A program made the translations under genes and the position numbers. Source: an uncultured Eubacteriales bacterium (GTDB lineage Bacteria; Bacillota; Clostridia; Christensenellales; CAG-1252). Taken from it: DNA of 64,000 nt. The notes beneath the pieces were generated by a model. It was not told the DNA's origin, ran no database searches, and saw nothing but the letters and a program-made list of their open reading frames with translations. Below, in pieces: positions 45,761-54,688 of the stretch (position 1 is the first letter of the stretch; every line of letters starts with the position of its first letter). The stretch covers positions 7,290 through 71,289 of the forward strand of contig CADBTQ010000007.1 of the NCBI GenBank assembly GCA_902797685.1, given 5' to 3'.

Positions 45761-47383
45761 TTATTCCTCCTCTCTCGACGTCGCTTCGCTTTGCTCGAGA
45801 TGACTATGGTTTTCTTGCTCGGATTCCTCTCTCGACTCCGCTTCGCTCTGCTCGGCGGGTTGCTCGTTGGTCTCGACAGCCTCTTCGGTGGGTTCGTCGT
45901 CTTTGTCTTTTTCGTTCTCGACGGCAGCCAAGAACGCGGCGTCCGACTCTTTGGCGATGATCTTCATGATCTTCTTTTCACGATACATGAGAAGGATCGC
46001 GCCGCCCGCCAAGCAGAAGCCGATGGCGACCAACGCCACGATCAACAGACCGTTGGTGGAGGGGACGATATCGTTGCTGGTCTTGTCTTGGGTGGTACCG
46101 ATGATGGCGAGAGAGGTAAACGCCAACATAGCGATGGATTGACCCAGTTTCATGGAGAAGGTACGAGCCGCAAAGAACATACCCTCGCGGTTTTCGCCGG
46201 TGGTGATACTTTCGGCTTCGGCGACGTCAGCCACGATGGATTGCGGGATGATACCCAACAAAGCCATAGGCAAAGCGGCGATCACGCAGATAGCAAAGCC
46301 CATCACGTAAGCGACGGGAGTGCCGCCGTCCACGGTACGATCGATGAAGTTGAGGTTGGTGAGTGCGGCGATGAGGTAAGCGACCGCCAAGCCGACGAAG
46401 CCGGCGATGACGAGTTTTTTCTTACCGAACTTTTTGACCAACTTGGTCACGAAGGGATACAACGCGGCGGAGAGTACGGTCATTACGCCCATCAGGATCA
46501 TGACGTACAACTCGGGCAGGTGCATACTCACTTTGACGAAGAAGGGGAGACCCGTTTGGAACAGGGTCAGACCGATCCAGTACATGATGTCCGAGCCGAC
46601 GAAAACGCGGAAGTCCTTGTTTTTGAAGGTGGACGCCAAGGATTTGAACATATTGGATTTGCTGGGCTCCGCGTCCACGAACTCCTTTTCTTTGAGCAGG
46701 AAGGTGGGCAACAACATCATCACCAAGGCGATGACAGCCAGCACGATAAAGATCACGCGATAGCTCCAAGCGAAGCTCAAGCCGGCGCCGCGCAGCACGC
46801 CGCCGAACAGGAAGGGCAGGTAGGCGAGCAGAGTACCCACGAAGAAGGTGAGGGAGATGGCGGTGGAGATCGCCATGCGGTCCTCTTGCGTCTTACCGAA
46901 CTCGGAGATCAAGGCGTTGTAGGGGGTGCAGTACATCGTCATAAACAGGTAGAACAGGATGATGAACACGGACACCCAAGCCACGTTGCCGCCCGAGGTG
47001 TGGTCGATAGGCGCGCAGAACAGCAACACGGTCACGACCGCAAAGGGCACGGCGGCGTATTGCATAAAGGGGATGCGACGGCCTCTCTTGTTGCGGCTAC
47101 GGTCGGACAGCGAAGCGATAAGGGGATCGGTCACGGCGTCAAACAGACGGGAGATCGCGGTGATAAGACCCAAGATGGTAAGGAATCCGCCGATCACCAA
47201 ACCGGGAGCGATGTACTTGATGGCGCCCGCTTTGACGTCGTCCGCGGTGGGAAGATAGAAGGTGACCAACCAAGTGTTGATGATGCCGCCCAGAATGGAC
47301 CAGCCCAGTTGTCCCAAAGCGAAGATCCAGATCTGCTTTTTGGACAGTCGTTTGCCAATCGGCTTTTCTTGTACGTTTTCCAT
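45761..47383 (-). CDS. MFS transporter, glycoside-pentoside-hexuronide (GPH):cation symporter-like, with an acidic repeat tail
   Basis: ..LSKKQIWIFALGQLGWSILGGIINTWLVTFYLP.. is a typical GPH/MelB N-terminus, with about 12 TM helices. The C-terminal tail carries two EQSEAxSREE repeats. Confidence 0.75.
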   Translation of the reverse strand: MENVQEKPIGKRLSKKQIWIFALGQLGWSILGGIINTWLVTFYLPTADDVKAGAIKYIAPGLVIGGFLTILGLITAISRLFDAVTDPLIASLSDRSRNKRGRRIPFMQYAAVPFAVVTVLLFCAPIDHTSGGNVAWVSVFIILFYLFMTMYCTPYNALISEFGKTQEDRMAISTAISLTFFVGTLLAYLPFLFGGVLRGAGLSFAWSYRVIFIVLAVIALVMMLLPTFLLKEKEFVDAEPSKSNMFKSLASTFKNKDFRVFVGSDIMYWIGLTLFQTGLPFFVKVSMHLPELYVMILMGVMTVLSAALYPFVTKLVKKFGKKKLVIAGFVGLAVAYLIAALTNLNFIDRTVDGGTPVAYVMGFAICVIAALPMALLGIIPQSIVADVAEAESITTGENREGMFFAARTFSMKLGQSIAMLAFTSLAIIGTTQDKTSNDIVPSTNGLLIVALVAIGFCLAGGAILLMYREKKIMKIIAKESDAAFLAAVENEKDKDDEPTEEAVETNEQPAEQSEAESREESEQENHSHLEQSEATSREEE

Positions 47384-47447
47384 GACTGTGTCGTTGAACG
47401 GCAGTCGTCTAATCTACCGCTCTTTCTCCTTATCTTTTTTGCTTGCG

Positions 47448-48050
47448 TTAGACGCGCAAGTTGTTGAGCCTGTACACGAATACGTCGATCAAAGCCTGCA
47501 CCTCTTGCTCGCCGCGTGAGTCTTGGTTGAGTACCACTCGGTTGAGGGTCAGCTTTTTGCAAAGCCCCATGAGGGCGTGTGTGGTAGCGAGATAAAACAG
47601 TTTGACGTCCTCGATCTCCTTGACCGTGCCGTCTTCCCGTCCCAAGCGGTAGGCGGCGAGATAGTCCTCGAAGTAGGGGAGAAGGGTATTTTCGTACTCG
47701 TCCAAACCCGCATTGGGGATGACGGTGGCGTCAAACTCGGAGATAAAGCGGAAGTAGTCGGGGCGCTCTCTGTAAACGGTAAGGAAGTCCCCGTAAAAAG
47801 CGCGCAATTTGTCCAAACCCGCTTTCGGTGCGCTGAGATCGAAAAAGTGATCCCTAACGTCTGCCGCCATGCGGGTGGCGACCGCCACGACCAAGTTTTG
47901 CTTGTTGGCAAAGTAGCGATACAACGTAGCCTCGCCCACGCCCACTTTGACGGCGACGTCTTTGATCGTAACGCTCGAGATACCCTTGTCCAAAAACAGT
48001 TGGGCAGAGGTCTCCACGATATAGTCGATCTTAGCTTGTTGTACGCTCAT
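47448..48050 (-). CDS. TetR-family transcriptional regulator
   Basis: MSVQQAKIDYIVETSAQLFLDKGISSVTIKDVAVKVGVGEATLYRYFANKQNL (TetR HTH). An alternative TTG start lies at 48062. Confidence 0.85.
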   Translation of the reverse strand: MSVQQAKIDYIVETSAQLFLDKGISSVTIKDVAVKVGVGEATLYRYFANKQNLVVAVATRMAADVRDHFFDLSAPKAGLDKLRAFYGDFLTVYRERPDYFRFISEFDATVIPNAGLDEYENTLLPYFEDYLAAYRLGREDGTVKEIEDVKLFYLATTHALMGLCKKLTLNRVVLNQDSRGEQEVQALIDVFVYRLNNLRV

Positions 48051-48063
48051 TTTCCCTCGCAAG

Positions 48064-48131
48064 TGATAGTCAATCTATCAAAATGATAACCTATCTATCA
48101 AAATTATATCTTATATAATCAACCCTGTCAA
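48064..48131 (-). promoter_or_regulatory. Consensus promoter (TTGACA-N17-TATAAT on the minus strand) followed by two palindromic operator-like sites
   Basis: -35 = reverse complement of 48126-48131; -10 = reverse complement of 48103-48108. Inverted repeats TGATAGtcaatCTATCA (48064-48080) and TGATAacctatcTATCA (48084-48100) lie between the -10 and the start codon. Confidence 0.6.
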
Positions 48132-48174
48132 TACCCATTTTTGCAAAAGTTGCGAAAAAACGCATTTTTTTGCG

Positions 48175-48447
48175 ATGAGATAGACCCTCGGTCAATGATA
48201 TATCGGCAAGCCGATATATGATATACGCCTTAGTCGTATTGCGGATAAAGCTATCAGACGTGTCATTTGTCAAATCGATCAAACACCACAATATCCCTCG
48301 GAGGCTTTGCCCTCGAGGGATATATCCTGTTCGAGCGCGGCTCGAATATATCATACCGCAGTGCGGTATATCATAGGCAAAGCCTATCTTATTGCCTTTG
48401 GCTTGCCAACGGCAGTGCGGTATATCGTATCACACGTGATCTATCAT
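48175..48447. repeat. Modular hairpin-array element, copy A2
   Basis: Same core (TATTGCGGATAAA..TTTGTCAAATC..AATATCCCTCG) and right-arm hairpins as A1 and A3. The left arm has 3 hairpin modules. Confidence 0.85.
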
Positions 48448-48546
48448 CTCCCCGCGGCTTCGGAACGTTTTTTTCTCTGTGAACGATAAGGGGAACACGG
48501 GTGGATTATTCCTTTTTTGGTTTATATTTTTTTTCTCAAAAAAGGG

Positions 48547-48575
48547 TTGCTTTTTTTACTTGCTCGCCGTATAAT
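48547..48575 (+). promoter_or_regulatory. Putative promoter TTGCTT-N17-TATAAT for the lipoprotein/surface-protein module
   Basis: Hexamers read directly, about 90 nt upstream of the ATG at 48667. Confidence 0.45.
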
Positions 48576-48666
48576 GTTGAGGCTGTCCCCGATTTCGGAC
48601 GAAAAAAAGCAATGTGTGCGACAAAAAAGTCGTGTTTTTTGCTTTGTAAAATATATGGAGGAAAAT

Positions 48667-49218
48667 ATGACAAAAATCAACAAAATAACGATTATTCTCT
48701 TGCTGCTTGTTTTTTGCGCGCTCTGTTCCTTTGGGCTTGTCGGATGCAGGAGCAAAGCACCTAGCGACCAGAGTTATTGGTATGGGACGTACAAGTATGA
48801 CGCGTCCTTAACTCGTGTTATTATTGAAATAGAAGGTGATGACTCTTCCAAGACAGGGATGTTAAGCACTTTGCGCCAAGACGGAATAGATATAATCGCT
48901 TACGATGGTCTTCGTAATTATGATTTCGAGTGGGGCACGGATAATTACAGCCTATTACAGTGGGAAATAGAGAATATACAGCACGACATCATCGTAAATA
49001 AAAAAGGATTTCATATGGGGCACGGGATCATGCAATGGGCTGAGCGGGAGTTTATTTCCGAGTTATCCAAGGATCCCGCAAGCATACGAAGCGTAAGTTG
49101 CCTTGGTCTTGGTTCGTTCGACCAGTTGGCGGTTCGATATAGTGTCGTATTGCCGATCACTTTGCCTAAGGGCAATATGACGATTAAGTTTTTCGTGGAC
49201 TACATAAAAGCAAAATAG
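48667..49218 (+). CDS. Lipoprotein of unknown function (183 aa)
   Basis: MTKINKITIILLLLVFCALCSFGLVGCRS lipobox. The ATG at 48667 lies 5 nt after GGAGG. The ORF-track start at 48517 is upstream of the promoter. Confidence 0.7.
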   Translation: MTKINKITIILLLLVFCALCSFGLVGCRSKAPSDQSYWYGTYKYDASLTRVIIEIEGDDSSKTGMLSTLRQDGIDIIAYDGLRNYDFEWGTDNYSLLQWEIENIQHDIIVNKKGFHMGHGIMQWAEREFISELSKDPASIRSVSCLGLGSFDQLAVRYSVVLPITLPKGNMTIKFFVDYIKAK

Positions 49219-49247
49219 CAGCGTCCACGGTGATAAGAGGTAGAAAA

Positions 49248-52200
49248 ATGACAATTAAGCATAAAATGAGTGGTATCATAACTGTTTTATCTATACTGAT
49301 TACGGTGTTGGTAATTTCCTCTGCGGGAAGTGAAGCGACCGCTTCCGCTGACGACATCTTTACTCCTGATGATGAATTTGTTTATTGTGTTACAAAGGAC
49401 GGCGTAGGCTTATGGAATTATATTGAAGAATATAATGAATGTGAAATTGCGGTATCGGAATTAATTACGCATTATAATATCAATATTGGTCAAACATTCG
49501 GTAACGGTGTTATTATACAAAACATGTCTACTGCACACAGTTTAGTATGTTCGCAGGATGATAACATAGTTAAGTTTGTACCTAAGACTGCTTTCATCAA
49601 CGTTGGCACGGTAATGCATATCGGTGAGGACTATGGGTTTGTCATCAAAACCACTGTGGATACAGATCCTGATAATTCGAGTAGGCACTATAATCGTAGT
49701 ACTGTCATTATTATAAAGAACGAAAGCCATTGGCAAGGTGATATGTTTTGTATAAAACTAACTGTTTGCGCTACTATTGATTACTTCTGTTTTGATCAAA
49801 GTGGCGTCGTTGCTCTTTTGCAGGAAGTAGATGATGGTAGCAATATAGGGCGTATTACCTCAACGAAATGGAACTTGATCAAGAGTGCGGGCGTAGACGG
49901 TTGGGTTGTGGTGCCGGCTATACGTTTATATAACGTAGACACTTATGGACATCCCATTGTTACAGTTGCAAAATCCAATAACCTGACGTTAAGTAATCTT
50001 TCGATTGGGTCACGTATCTATAATTTGCAGAGTTATAATACATGGGATTCGGAATATGACCCCAACACGGACGACGGATATTATTTGATCGGTGCGCAAT
50101 ATTTTTATCAAGTAACACAAAAACATGGTGAGTGGAATACCCAAAGCAGCGTTGTAGGGATGGTTAAAGAGTTTGGGAAGATTGCTTTGGGTGCACTTGT
50201 TGATACGGTCGCTGATTATTTGAATTTGTCCTCTCTGAATACGTTTTATGAAGCAAGTGAAGGTTTGCTTGCGCTGACCGGACAAATACAAACGGTCCAA
50301 GATGTACACTTGACAAACAATGAAAACGGTTTGGTGTATCCCGATTTCGCTTATGCAGGGGTTAATACTCGAACCAATCAAATCGCTCAATTCGGGCGGT
50401 TAGTAAAAGATAGCAGTATGCTCTTTGACCAAACAGCCGGAATATTATGCTATGGTAAGGACGAGTACATAGAGGCAAGGTTTAATTATTCTCATACGGA
50501 TGGCAAAGCTGAGCCCACAAGGTTGGATTTGTCAGTGGGTGGATTGGTAATCGACAACCGAGAGGGTGGCGGTAATGACGCAGTAGTTAACGAGGCACAA
50601 CTATTTACTTATAAGAATTGCGGGGCGAGCATTGCGCCTTCTCTTTCTCTTAATCTATGCCAAAGTAGAATCTATTACGCAATTTATGATAGTGCAATAC
50701 CTTCCTATGTCTTTACCCCCACGTATAATGGTACCTATGCGTTGCAGTTGGACGGAAATGTCGGCACGGTGGAGATAGACGGGCAAGTGGCGTCGGGTAA
50801 CAACGGCTGTTACCTTTTCGAGGGCATTGCCAACACGCCTGTCAACATAGTATTGCGTCCATCGGGTGACACTATCATCAAAGGCACGTTGTCGATAGAC
50901 GTCCATCAAGGCGCGCAGGCTTTTCCGTCCAACCAGACGAGAATTACCAAGATCGACATTCCTACGGACGGCATCTATGCGGCGTGCAATAACTCTTTGC
51001 AAGTAAATGCGTTACTCAAAAGCGACTTTTCGGAGTATCGAGCGGGAGGGGTCGGTTGGTCGGACACGGCGAATATGATCCCGCTGCCCGCCGGCACCTA
51101 TTATTTGCTCGTCGACAACGATACAGACCATAGTATAGAGGCAGGAACTTTCTTAGAGAAGGTAACGTCCAACAACTTGGTGTCGTCTGTGGCGAAGTCG
51201 GTATCATTGACCGACAAGTATTCATTTTACCGCGCGTCGGCGGAGCGAGACAAAGGATATTGTATCGCCCCCCAAAACGAATCGTTATCTCCCGTGTACT
51301 ATACTTTTGTTGATTCAACGTTTTGTAGTTTTTCGCCTATGGCGGTAGGCGGCAACTATGCTCGCATTAGTTCACAACCTATCGATACTTATTATTACGT
51401 GGGTGTGAGGCTGTATGAAGGCATAGCAGACGCGCAACTATTGTGGAAGCAAGACGCGGGCAGCGGTGCGTGGCTCGTCGACGGGGCGTCTGTCGGCACG
51501 CATTGTTCGTTGGAGCGCAATCGTTCTTATACAATCTCGTATTTTCATAATGGGCAATATACCGTGTCGGACATTGATTTGGACGGGAGCTCGTCGCCTA
51601 ATTTCAATTTGGTAAACAACACGTTTACCATATTGCCTACGGCGGATTTGGGGCAGACCTTCGTGCTGCGGGCGCAAGCCGGTCTCGGCGCACATTACGA
51701 TTGTCAACTGACCATTACGACAGTACGAGAGAACAAGATATCGCTATCCGCAACAAACACGGCGACCGCTTGTGCCGTCAATTGGACGGCGCTGTTGCCG
51801 GGGATTACCGAATTTGACGTTGAATTATACGGGGATTCAACCGGCACGCACGCCGTTAGGACCGTAACGACCGACGGGGCGATGAGCGGCACCGTCAACT
51901 TGCTCTCAATGACCGGTACTCACTATACGCGTGCCGTGGTACGCAGAGTCGTGTTTGAGGGGAGATCAAACGTAGGCGATAGCTATGAGACTGCGATTGA
52001 CAACTGGTTCGGCGGCGGATCGGGCGTGGAGAATGCACCGTATTTGATTAAAAATATACGGCACTTTAATAACATTTACCATGCCAACGCCGCTTATTAC
52101 AAACAAACGGTGCATTTGAATTTCGGCGGTACGGCACCGCGGGCGGGCGTAACCTTCAACGGCAATTACAATGGCAACAATAAACGGATATCCGGTATCG

Positions 52201-52901
52201 TTCGCACCGTCACTATGACGGCTAGCAGCCCGACGTCAGGCAGTTTCGGCGGGTTGTTTGATATTTGCGGTGGCACTATTCGGGGCATTTCGTCGTACGT
52301 CGCGACAGTAAGTGTTACTGTTTATAACGTGCTATCCGCTTATCATATCGGCGGCGTTGTCGGCACTATGACGGAGGGTAGTTCCATTGCGGGATTAATG
52401 TTTGCCACTACGGTGTCGAGCAACACGCATAGCGCATATGGCACTATCGGCGGTGTGGCGGGATTGTCCGGTGGCGTGGTATCTGCGTTAGCATTCGGCT
52501 CCATCAATTTGAGCGGTTGCGGCAATATGGGCGGCATCGTTGGGCACAATTGTGCGAGCGGTCGAGTGAGCGGCGGGTTGGTAGACACCCAAGTTAATTT
52601 TCGTGTATATTCCGGATTCAGTCCCAATATCGGCGGCGCGGTAGGGCTCAACGAAGGATACGTTCATACGTCATTGGAAGCGAATATTACGGTAGTAGGG
52701 AGCATGGACTCCATTTTGTTGAGGAAATGCACCCCTCGGGTGGGAATACTGGTTGGATATAATCACTTGGGCACGGTGACCCACGGCGAGTTGGACGATA
52801 CGTGTTCGATAGACGTTTCGTCGCTGACCGGCGCAACCTTGACGTATGCGACGGGCGCGGCGATCGGACGAGACGAACCAGCGCCCGAGCAAAACGGATA
52901 A
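49248..52901 (+). CDS. Large secreted/surface protein (1217 aa) with PPC-like beta domains and C-terminal GLUG-like glycine-rich repeats
   Basis: Signal peptide MTIKHKMSGIITVLSILITVLVISSAGSEATASA. ..LPAGTYYLLVDNDTD.. is PPC-like. Repeated GGVVG/GGVAG/GGIVGHN/GGAVGLN units near the C-terminus are GLUG-like. No LPXTG motif was seen. Confidence 0.7.
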   Translation: MTIKHKMSGIITVLSILITVLVISSAGSEATASADDIFTPDDEFVYCVTKDGVGLWNYIEEYNECEIAVSELITHYNINIGQTFGNGVIIQNMSTAHSLVCSQDDNIVKFVPKTAFINVGTVMHIGEDYGFVIKTTVDTDPDNSSRHYNRSTVIIIKNESHWQGDMFCIKLTVCATIDYFCFDQSGVVALLQEVDDGSNIGRITSTKWNLIKSAGVDGWVVVPAIRLYNVDTYGHPIVTVAKSNNLTLSNLSIGSRIYNLQSYNTWDSEYDPNTDDGYYLIGAQYFYQVTQKHGEWNTQSSVVGMVKEFGKIALGALVDTVADYLNLSSLNTFYEASEGLLALTGQIQTVQDVHLTNNENGLVYPDFAYAGVNTRTNQIAQFGRLVKDSSMLFDQTAGILCYGKDEYIEARFNYSHTDGKAEPTRLDLSVGGLVIDNREGGGNDAVVNEAQLFTYKNCGASIAPSLSLNLCQSRIYYAIYDSAIPSYVFTPTYNGTYALQLDGNVGTVEIDGQVASGNNGCYLFEGIANTPVNIVLRPSGDTIIKGTLSIDVHQGAQAFPSNQTRITKIDIPTDGIYAACNNSLQVNALLKSDFSEYRAGGVGWSDTANMIPLPAGTYYLLVDNDTDHSIEAGTFLEKVTSNNLVSSVAKSVSLTDKYSFYRASAERDKGYCIAPQNESLSPVYYTFVDSTFCSFSPMAVGGNYARISSQPIDTYYYVGVRLYEGIADAQLLWKQDAGSGAWLVDGASVGTHCSLERNRSYTISYFHNGQYTVSDIDLDGSSSPNFNLVNNTFTILPTADLGQTFVLRAQAGLGAHYDCQLTITTVRENKISLSATNTATACAVNWTALLPGITEFDVELYGDSTGTHAVRTVTTDGAMSGTVNLLSMTGTHYTRAVVRRVVFEGRSNVGDSYETAIDNWFGGGSGVENAPYLIKNIRHFNNIYHANAAYYKQTVHLNFGGTAPRAGVTFNGNYNGNNKRISGIVRTVTMTASSPTSGSFGGLFDICGGTIRGISSYVATVSVTVYNVLSAYHIGGVVGTMTEGSSIAGLMFATTVSSNTHSAYGTIGGVAGLSGGVVSALAFGSINLSGCGNMGGIVGHNCASGRVSGGLVDTQVNFRVYSGFSPNIGGAVGLNEGYVHTSLEANITVVGSMDSILLRKCTPRVGILVGYNHLGTVTHGELDDTCSIDVSSLTGATLTYATGAAIGRDEPAPEQNG

Positions 52902-52958
52902 GCTTGCGTCGAATCGGTACACAGCCGCCAACACACCTGCGGCAGTGATTGCTTCACA

Positions 52959-53250
52959 ATGATATAGCCTATGGCTATGATATATCCCTTTGGGATATGA
53001 TATAGACCTTCGGTCAATGATATACGACCTATGGTCGTATTGCGGATAAAACTATTAGATAGGTGATTTATCAAATCAATCAAACCACACAATATCCCTC
53101 GGAGGCTTTGCCCTCGAGGGATATATCCTATTCGAGCCCTGCTCGAATATATCATACCGCTTAGCGGTATATCATAGGCACTGCCTATCTCATTGCCTTT
53201 GGCAAGCCATAGGCAGTGCGGTATATCATATCCCGTGGGGGATATATCAT
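52959..53250. repeat. Modular hairpin-array element, copy A3
   Basis: ATGATATA modules with ATAGCC-tat-GGCTAT, CCC-ttt-GGG, GACC-ttc-GGTC and CGACC-tat-GGTCG. The core and right arm are nearly identical to A2. Confidence 0.85.
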
Positions 53251-53424
53251 TTGCAATTCACCCGCTTTCGGTTGCCTGAAAACGGGTGAATTGTATTTAC
53301 CGCTCGGGCGTATCAAAATCGGGCGCAAAGGGGCGTTTTGCCCGCCGTTTTGGGAAAAATCGGGGATTTTTACCCCAAAATGCGATTATTAACAAAACTT
53401 AATCAAAATCAAAGCAACAAGTAT

Positions 53425-53453
53425 TTGACGGCAAAACCCTTTATATATATACT
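53425..53453 (+). promoter_or_regulatory. Putative S10-operon promoter TTGACG-N17-TATACT
   Basis: Hexamers read directly. A structured leader of about 195 nt follows before rpsJ. Confidence 0.5.
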
Positions 53454-53652
53454 TAAGCGTGCTCGGGCGGGGATAAGTCTCTTAACGGATGATGTATGAG
53501 GTTACCCGCACCTTAGGGATAGTTCATACGGACTAGTTCGATACAATCGGGCGCTAACTCAGGGCAAACTTCGGTTTGCCTATAAAAATGAGAGGCGTGA
53601 AACGCACGAGCGAGAAAACAAATTTGCGAGTTAGAAAACAGGAGGCAAAATT

Positions 53653-53961
53653 ATGGCAAACCAAACTTTGAGAATCAAATTGAAAGCGTACGATCACGAC
53701 TTGGTGGACGCAGTCGCCGCCAAAATCGTTGACGTTGTGTCCCAAAACGGCGCTAAGATCAGCGGTCCTATCCCCCTTCCCACCGAGAAAGAGGTCGTGA
53801 CCATCTTGCGTTGCCCTCACAAATATAAGGACAGCCGCGAGCAATTCGAAATGCGCACCCACAAACGTCTGATCGACATCTTCAATCCCAACCAAAAGGT
53901 CGTCACCGCTTTGATGAGCATCGACGTGCCCGCCGGCGTGGATATCAAGATCAAGATCTGA
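53653..53961 (+). CDS. rpsJ: 30S ribosomal protein S10
   Basis: [19 protein letters not shown]... Confidence 0.97.
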   Translation: MANQTLRIKLKAYDHDLVDAVAAKIVDVVSQNGAKISGPIPLPTEKEVVTILRCPHKYKDSREQFEMRTHKRLIDIFNPNQKVVTALMSIDVPAGVDIKIKI

Positions 53962-54020
53962 TCGCGCGAATCTATTATATCAATATTATAAGGAAATACA
54001 TTTGGAGGTGAACTTTATCA

Positions 54021-54677
54021 ATGAATAAAGCAATCGTCGGAAAGAAATTAGGAATGAGCCAAGTCTTCACTGCCGAAGGCGAAGTGATCCCCGTGACCGT
54101 GGTCCTGGCGGGTCCCTGCCCCGTGGTGCAAGTCAAGACTGTCGAGAAGGACGGGTACAAAGCCGTTAAGGTCGCGTTCGAACCCGCCGTGGCTCGCAAA
54201 GTGTCCGGAGACGTCAAGCCCTCTTACAAGGGTATCAACCGTCCCTTGGAAGGCGCTTACAAAAAAGCAGGCGTGGCTCCCCATCGTTATTTGAGAGAAC
54301 TCAAATTGGACGAGGAGTTGGAAGTCGGCGCTACCATCTCCTGCGACACGTTCGCAGAGGGCGACAAGGTAGACGTGGTCGGCAAGACTCGCGGTCGCGG
54401 TTATACGGGTGTTATCCAACGCTGGAATCATCACCGCATCCCCATGAGCCACGGTGCCGGTCCCGTGCACAGAGAGGTCGGTTCTATGGCAGCCAACTCG
54501 GATCCCAGCCGCGTGTTCAAAAACAAAAAGATGGCAGGTCAATACGGTAACGAACGCGTCACCATTCAAAACCTGACCGTTGTCAAGGTGGACGCAGCCC
54601 GCAATTTGCTCCTCATCAAAGGCGCAATCCCCGGTCCCAAGGGCGGTTTGGTCATCGTCCGCTCCACCGTCAAATAG
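54021..54677 (+). CDS. rplC: 50S ribosomal protein L3
   Basis: ..IVGKKLGMSQVFTAEGEVIPVTVV.. Confidence 0.97.
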   Translation: MNKAIVGKKLGMSQVFTAEGEVIPVTVVLAGPCPVVQVKTVEKDGYKAVKVAFEPAVARKVSGDVKPSYKGINRPLEGAYKKAGVAPHRYLRELKLDEELEVGATISCDTFAEGDKVDVVGKTRGRGYTGVIQRWNHHRIPMSHGAGPVHREVGSMAANSDPSRVFKNKKMAGQYGNERVTIQNLTVVKVDAARNLLLIKGAIPGPKGGLVIVRSTVK

Positions 54678-54688
54678 GAGGTCGACAA

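Noticed and set aside
48091-48354. Conserved small ORFs spanning the A-repeats: 48091..48354(-) and 52763..53155(-) both start MIYSSRAR.GYIPRGQSLRGIL; 48307..48489(+) was also considered
   Set aside because: The conservation simply reflects nucleotide identity between A2 and A3. The equivalent frame in copy A1 hits a stop after 9 codons, and the ORFs run through hairpin stems. They were judged non-coding.
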